Assembly: GCF_009914755.1 (NCBI RefSeq)
Contig: NC_060936.1
DNA length: 64,000 nucleotides
Origin: the human T2T-CHM13v2.0 reference genome, Homo sapiens
Direction: 5' to 3' (one strand)
Shown here: one piece after another, positions 57,760-64,000 of the stretch
Numbering within the stretch: position 1 is the first letter of the stretch
How the letters are laid out: each line of letters starts with the position of its first letter
The notes under the pieces: generated by a model
Database searches by the model: none
The model's input: the letters and a program-made list of their open reading frames with translations, nothing else
What the model was told of the DNA's origin: nothing
Translations under genes and position numbers: made by a program

Positions 57760-59224
57760 CAAAGTTTCACCCTCAGAGGGAACCGAGACTCGGAAAGTAA
57801 TAGAGAAATTGGCCCACTTTGTGGCAGAAGAAGGCCCCGCGATAGAAAAAAGTAGCTATAGAGGACTACAAGGAAAACCCGGCATTTGCATTTTTGCAGG
57901 ATAAGAATAGCAGAGAATTTCTCTACTACAGAAAGAAGGTGGCTGAGATAAGAAAGGAAGCACAGAAGTCGCAGGCAGCCTCTCAAAAAGTTTCACTCCC
58001 AGAGGATGAAGAGGTCAAGAACCTTGCAGGGAAGTTGGCCAGGTTCGTAGTAGACTGGCATCCGGAGGTGGAAACCATCGCCCTCCAGAACAACTGTGAG
58101 AACCAGGCATTCAGCTTTCTGTACGAGACTAACAGCCAAGGATACAAGTACTACCGATAGAAGCGGGAGGAGTTCCGGAAAGCCAAGGCCGGCTCCACAG
58201 GCAGCCTCAGGGCACCCGACCCCGGCCTGAAGCCCAAGTCCCCTCCTGAGGCCCTGTTAGGGTCTTGCCTCCGGCCACCACTTGTCCCATCTCGTCCCCG
58301 CCTGCGCCTCCCGCCCCCCGTTCTCCGTCATCCCTGCTCCAGCCGCTCCAGGGAAGCCAGCCTCGGCAGCCACCGTGAAGAGGAAGCGGAAGAGCCGGTG
58401 GAGGCCAGAAGAGAATAAGGCAGAACTCCCACCTGCTGAGCTGGTGCAGAGGGACGTGGACGCCTCTCCCTCGCCTCTGTCAGTTCAGGACCGCAAGGGG
58501 TTCGGCTATAAGAAGGGGAAGCCCGTGGGTCTAGTGGGCGTCACGGAGCTGTCGGACGCCCAGAAGCAGCAGCCGAAGGAGCAGCAGGAGATGCAGCAGA
58601 TATACGACATGATCATGCAGCACAAGCGGGCCATGCAGGACATGCAGCACCAGCACGGCTACCACAGCGACGAGGAGGTGGACAGCGAGCTGGGCACCTG
58701 GAAGCACCAGCTGCGGCGCATGGAGATGGACAAGACCAGGAAATGGGCCAAGCAGCTGACAAAGGTGGGCTAGGGCAAGCATTTCATGGGAGACTTCCTG
58801 CCTCCCGACGAGCTGGAGAAGTTCTGGAAATCCTCAAGGCCCTGAAGGAGAGCCGTGAGCCTGACTACTCGGAGTACAAGGAGTTCAGGCTGACTGTGGA
58901 GAACACTGGCTATCAGATGCTGATGAAGATGGGCTGGAAGGAAGGCGAGGGGCTGGGCTCGGAGGGCCAGGGCATCAAGAACCCAGTCAACAAGGCCACC
59001 ACCACAGTGGAAGGTGCCGGCTTCAGCATTGACCGGCTGGCCGAGTTCTCCAAGGAGGACGACGAGTACGAGGCCTTCCGCAAGAAGATGATGCTGGCCT
59101 ACCGCTTCCGGCCCAACCCCCTGAACAATCCCAGACGGCCTTACTACTGAGCGTTCTGGAAACAGGTATGAGAACCGTGCTGTGTAATAAAGTCCCCGTG
59201 CTCATTGAAAAAAAAAAAAAAAAA
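57759..59224 (+). pseudogene. SUGP1: Processed pseudogene of SUGP1 (SF4; SURP and G-patch domain protein 1), 5'-truncated
   Basis: Two SURP repeats ([12 protein letters not shown]; [22 protein letters not shown]), KRKRKSRW, the G-patch ([23 protein letters not shown]) and the C-terminus [15 protein letters not shown] (stop 59148-59150). It is intronless, with AATAAA at 59186-59191 and poly(A) at 59208-59224. Stops lie at 58158 and 58771, and frameshifts near 57850, 58268 and 58825. Confidence 0.95.
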
Positions 59225-60417
59225 TTGGAATGGGTGGAGGAAGACATTGAGGATTTAACTTTTTAATACTTATTATTTGCATATTCTACATGACAACTTC
59301 TCCATTGCTCACAAACTCCCAAAAATCTCTCTTCTCCCTCCTTACCCAGGAAAAAAAGGAATCCCAGAACTCAAGGACACAAACTCAATGCTACCCTGAC
59401 GCAAATGGAGAGTGAAAGAAAATAACACTCTATCCATTTTCTGGTGCTATGGCAAAATAAAAACTAGACAGTTATTAAATTTCTCAATACGTTATTCTGC
59501 CACATTTAATTCTTAGTAAATCAGACTGCCACATCACGCACAGAAATAGATTTTGCTTTAACTCTCTATTGAATGCATGGAAGGTTTGTGCTTGGTGGAA
59601 AGCAGGGAAAATGGAAGGCAAAGAGTGTCTTGTTCAGTAAAATATATATTAATAGACATTCCCTTGTGTACTATAGAAAAAGTGAGTGAAATACTTATAA
59701 AGGCTGTTTCTGATACCTCTAGAGCACTGAGTTTTTATTCTGAGCTAATATAATGACCATGAAAGCCTAGCATTTATCCTCACACTCACACAAAATTGAT
59801 CCCCAATTTTATATTTATTTTAACACATCACTCTGGATTACACCTTCATAGAACAGAATGTTTTTATACATGAGAGGAATGGTCTCTTTTCTGCAATTTT
59901 GTAATGTTTGCTCTCCGCAACTCCCACCCCCTCCCTTTTATATATTATAGAGAAATTTTGGTTCTATGAATGAAATATCTGGGCTCATTACATAAAATGG
60001 GTCTTTCCCAGTTTTTTTATTGAAAATTTGAGGACAATAGACAACGAGACTTGCCACATTATAAAACAAATATGTAACTTCCAGAGTCCTCCCACCCCAG
60101 ACTCCACCTCCTTTTTTAGAGGGAAGATAAGCCAAACTAGTGTTTCAATCTTCACTCCTACCAATCCAGCCATATAAGCAGAAAATGGAGAGCACTGGAG
60201 GAAGAAACTGAGTCTGTTCATGCTCAGCTCACTAGGATAACTGAAAGGAGCTCCATCTCAGAGAGATTAGAGATGTTTACTAAAGAGAAATTGACATTAA
60301 TCACTTCTGGTTGGATGTTTCAAAAGCTGTAGAAACCCTTAGGCCCATCCCAGAACTGCCACTGGATGGGAATATGGTAAAAATATTCTTGAGAAACTGA
60401 CATTTGTCTTTAGTTGT

Positions 60418-60520
60418 TTGAATATATATATGAATATATGTATATACTCATATATATGAATTTTCATTCATATATATGAATATATATACACACTATATAT
60501 ATGTGTATATATATGTATAC
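60418..60520. repeat. Degenerate (TA)n tract
   Basis: Seen directly. Confidence 0.85.
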
Positions 60521-61352
60521 TCAGTGTTTACAGCCTGTTTTCCTTCTGAGGAATTTTGAAGACTGTTAGTCTCCTGGGTGAGCCATGATTAGTAGGGCAA
60601 GCAGAAAGGGAAGCAGAGACAAAGGCCCAGCTGCATTAATTTATAGGTTAAGAGATGCCATAAAAGTAGCTCTGCCAAGTCAGGATACACACTGTACAGT
60701 ATGTATACCCTGAGGAAGGCAGCTTCAAAAGAGTCCACCAATACACCCCATGAAAAGACAACATTCTGATGCCAGCCAATAGAATGGGAATGCTAGTGGA
60801 AACGTACTAGTATTCTCTGTTTGCCTACACCAAAAGGATCTTATCAGAGTGGCTATGTCTGCCATGGAATAGTTGTGGAATACAGTGTGAATTCTAAGAA
60901 ACAAACAAACAATAGCAAGAATCTAGAATATTCCCAACACTTTTGAAAAACTAAGCGGATTTTTTTAAATCAATGTATTTGGTGTAGAACAGCTAGAACA
61001 CTTTTTTTAAAAAAATATTAGTTTCTATTAAAATAATGTTGATAGCATTTTTTGTAAAAGCACATAAAGTGGTAAATTAGTGATTTTTGAAGACTATTAT
61101 TTCACATATTTACTGGAAAAATCATGCATTTGTTCCAATGGTCAGCCAAAAATATTTATCATTTAAATGCTTAGAAACTGCAAAATAAGAATGAAGGTTT
61201 GTTGTTTGACCTTTTGTTTCAGTTGCCTAGATTATTGGCTATGTTTTCAAATTATCCTTTTAATGTTTAAAGTATAGCTCTAGTTTTAAGTATATTAAAT
61301 TTTGTATTTTTCTGATTAGAAATTCTAATAAATGTGTAAATTGTATCTTTTT

Positions 61353-61393
61353 TTAATTTTATATTTTATTATTATTATCCTTTAAGTTTTAGG
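61353..61393 (-). mobile_element. Ultra-short L1PA 3'-terminal insertion
   Basis: The reverse complement reads cctaaaacttaaaggataataataat plus an A-rich tail. A 19-bp TSD gtgtaaattgtatcttttt lies at 61334-61352 / 61394-61412. Confidence 0.9.
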
Positions 61394-62067
61394 GTGTAAA
61401 TTGTATCTTTTTAACATTTATATTAGTATTTTTGTAGTTTTGTATTTTAGTGAATTTTTATTACCATCAAACTGAACACTTTATTTTACAATATAATTAA
61501 TTTTTAGTAAGTACTTAAGATCCATGCTTATTTTAAACACCTTGAAACATGTGAAAACATTTTTTTAAGTTGTTCAGTACCTACACATTTCAGTGACCTG
61601 TTTTCATGTGCAGTAAATAAACTTGAATTAACACAATTTACAGTGGTTATTTAAGATTACAAATAGGTGGAAGGAGAAAACAAAGAATATTAGCTTGTTA
61701 GAAGATAAAGTTTTTCAAAAGCAGAAATGTCAATTCAACTCAAAATATTTTTACAAGTGTAGATTTTGCATAGCATGGAGTCTATGACAGTTCAGTATAT
61801 TTCCAGGTTCAGTAGGGCTTCCTGGTATAACCAATAATACCATGGCTATGATGGGTCTCTGACATCTGTAGAGAATCACTCCTCCATTCAGATTTATGTA
61901 AAGTCTGTTGAGTTCTAAAATATTATTTAGGAATGGCTTAATGTCTATCTACTATTTCTTAAGTTTTTGTAGAGCTTATAAAGTATAGAAGGGTAATGGA
62001 TGATATTTCCTAGTAGAAAATCTTAAATTGGGCACCAATGTTAAATGGTTCAAAGTAAACAGTGTTC

Positions 62068-63155
62068 TGTCGGGGGAACTCACTCCCAATATTTCAACAT
62101 AGGTTCTTTCTATTTTCCATAAGTGTCGGCCAGCTGAGAAATAAAGAGAGACAGTACAAAGAGAGGAATTTTACAGCTGGGCCACCAGGGGTGACATCAC
62201 ATATTGGTAGGACCATGATGCCAACCTGAGTCTCAGACCAGCAAGTTTTTATTAAGGGTTTCAAAAGGGGAGGGGGTGTAAGAACAGAGAGTAGGTACAA
62301 AGATCACATGCTTCAAAGAGCAAAAAGCAGAACCACTGATAAGGGTCTAATAAAGATCACATGCTTCTGAGGGAACAAGGCAAAGGGCAAAAGCGAACCA
62401 CTGATAAGGGTCCAACAAAGATCACGGGGCAAAGGGCAAAAGCAGAACCACTGATATGGGTCTATGTTCAGCAGTGCACGTATTGTCTTGATAAACATCT
62501 TAAACAACAGAAAACAGGGTTCAAGAGCAGAGAACCGGTCTGACCACATATTTACCAGTGCTGAGTTTTCCCAACCCTAGTAAGCCTGAGGGTTCTACAG
62601 GAGACCAGGGCTTATTTCAGTCCTTATCTCAACTGCACAAGACAGACATTCCCAGAGCTGCCATTTATAGACCTCCCCACAGGAACTCCTTCTTTTCCCA
62701 GGATATTAATATTAATATTCCTTGCTAGGAAAAGAATTTTGTGACATATTTCCTACTTGCACATCTGTTTATAGGCTCTCTGCAAGAAGAAAAATATGGC
62801 TTTTTTTGCCCAACCCCGCAGGCAGTCAGACCTTATGGTTGTCTTCCCTTGTTCCATAAAAATTGCTATTATTCTGTTCTTTTTCAAGGTGCCTTGATTT
62901 CATATTGTTCCAACACACATGTTTTACAATCAATTTGTACAGTTAACACAATTATCACAGTGGTCCTGAGGTGATGTACATCCTCAGTTTATGAAGATAA
63001 CAGGATTAAGAGATTAAAGACAGGCATAAGAAATTATAAAAGTATTATTTAAGAACTGATAAATGTCCATATCAAGATGAAATCTTCACAATTTATGTTC
63101 CTCTGCCATGGCTCCAGCCGGTCCCTCCATTCAGGGTCCCTGACTTCCCATAACA
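62068..63155 (-). mobile_element. MER11 (HERV-K11/HML-8) solo LTR
   Basis: The minus strand begins tgttatgggaagtcagggaccc. It has TG..CA ends, a 6-bp TSD gtgttc at 62062-62067 / 63156-63161, and internal 'gcaaaagcagaaccactgataagggtc' repeats. Confidence 0.93.
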
Positions 63156-64000
63156 GTGTTCTTGAAAAGCAAATAGATAAAAGTATTATTTAATCCAAAC
63201 AAGTAAAAATTATTATCCTAGACTGGGCTTTTAGCTGTAAGTATGTAGGAAAACCATATTAAGTATATATACCTCAGGGGGTAAACATCTTTTTCTGATA
63301 CATGGCACGAAAAAAAATTTGGTGACAAAATTTAAGCAAGTTGAACATATGTAGAATTTTTACTGAAGAAACTTTAAAAATCTGACTTATTGATATGTCG
63401 CCCAAACAAGATGGGTGTTACACAATTTATTTTGAAGATATTGCCCTTAAACTGCCCTCAATTAAAATAAAAGTGAAAATCTATTATCTTTGAATTATTT
63501 TCTATAAAAATTGACCAAATCAAATCACTTTTTTATTTCATGCCTAAGCTTTTTTCTGTTCAGTTTCCATAGTTAATTTAGGTCTTTTATTGTTTTGGTT
63601 ACTTCTGTCCTTTCTTTCCTTCATGCTTTATTCCATTTTGTTGATTGGGAAAATACCACTTTTATAAGCCACTATTTCTGTGTGCCTGGTACATGCTGGC
63701 AGATAATACTAATTTTATAAGTAGATGCTAAACCCTAGGACTAACTTAGTTTCAAAATCTGTAACATTTTACTTGGAATCCTTTGAAACATTTTTTACTA
63801 ATTAATTAAGTTACATTTAAGCATATTAAAAAAGGAAAGGAAAATTGTTTTTAGAATAAATGAATAGCTCATGACAATCTGCTGGAAATTTATTAGGTAT
63901 TGTCTGAAAACATGGTTGAGCTTGAAAGAGAGCATATTCATAAGCATTTTAAGAACAAATTCATATGGATTGTGTTATATTTGAACAAGTATAACACTTA

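Noticed and set aside
57759-59150. Functional SUGP1 gene or retrogene
   Set aside because: The 5' part is missing, and there are two in-frame stops and about three frameshifts.
57759-59150. APOBEC3-type G-to-A hypermutation (several E>K, G>R/S/E, D>N, M>I changes versus recalled SUGP1)
   Set aside because: C-to-T changes look about equally common (Q>stop, P>L, L>F, S>L, T>I), so there is no clear strand asymmetry. A real alignment is needed.
59171-59184. 'agaaccgtgctgtg' as a degenerate TSD partner of 'agaactgcactgta' (57561-57574)
   Set aside because: It has four mismatches and lies upstream of AATAAA and the poly(A), inside the transcript-derived part, so it is probably coincidence.
62300-62465. 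Repeated ~55-bp units as a novel array or CRISPR-like locus
   Set aside because: They lie inside the MER11 LTR, are part of that family's structure as I recall it, and have no unique spacers.

Overview
This is primate (human-like), AT-rich, repeat-dense non-coding DNA (gene desert or large intron), and I can support no intact protein-coding gene in it. Nearly all listed ORFs are L1, Alu, LTR or microsatellite artefacts. The one gene-derived feature is a 5'-truncated, intronless, disabled SUGP1 (SF4) processed pseudogene at ~57759-59224. It is fused directly to a same-strand partial Alu, has no target-site duplication (TSD), and is unusually CpG-rich. The rest is old L1M/L2/MIR fragments, L1PA/L1PB copies, about a dozen Alus, solo LTRs (MLT1A, MLT2, THE1, MER11, an ERVL-like LTR) and DNA transposons (MER85, MER45, MER5). 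The most unusual structures read directly from the sequence are: (1) a 230-bp patchwork at 45858-46087, copied from two nearby loci (one direct, one inverted, with a fold-back joint) and lying inside a quasi-palindromic (TA)/(CA)/(TG) microsatellite; (2) the Alu-SUGP1 junction and its CpG-rich core; (3) an L1PA 3' transduction; (4) a 41-bp minimal L1 insertion with a 19-bp TSD. I see no well-supported new multi-gene system. Subfamily names and SUGP1 comparisons come from recalled consensus sequences, not from searches.
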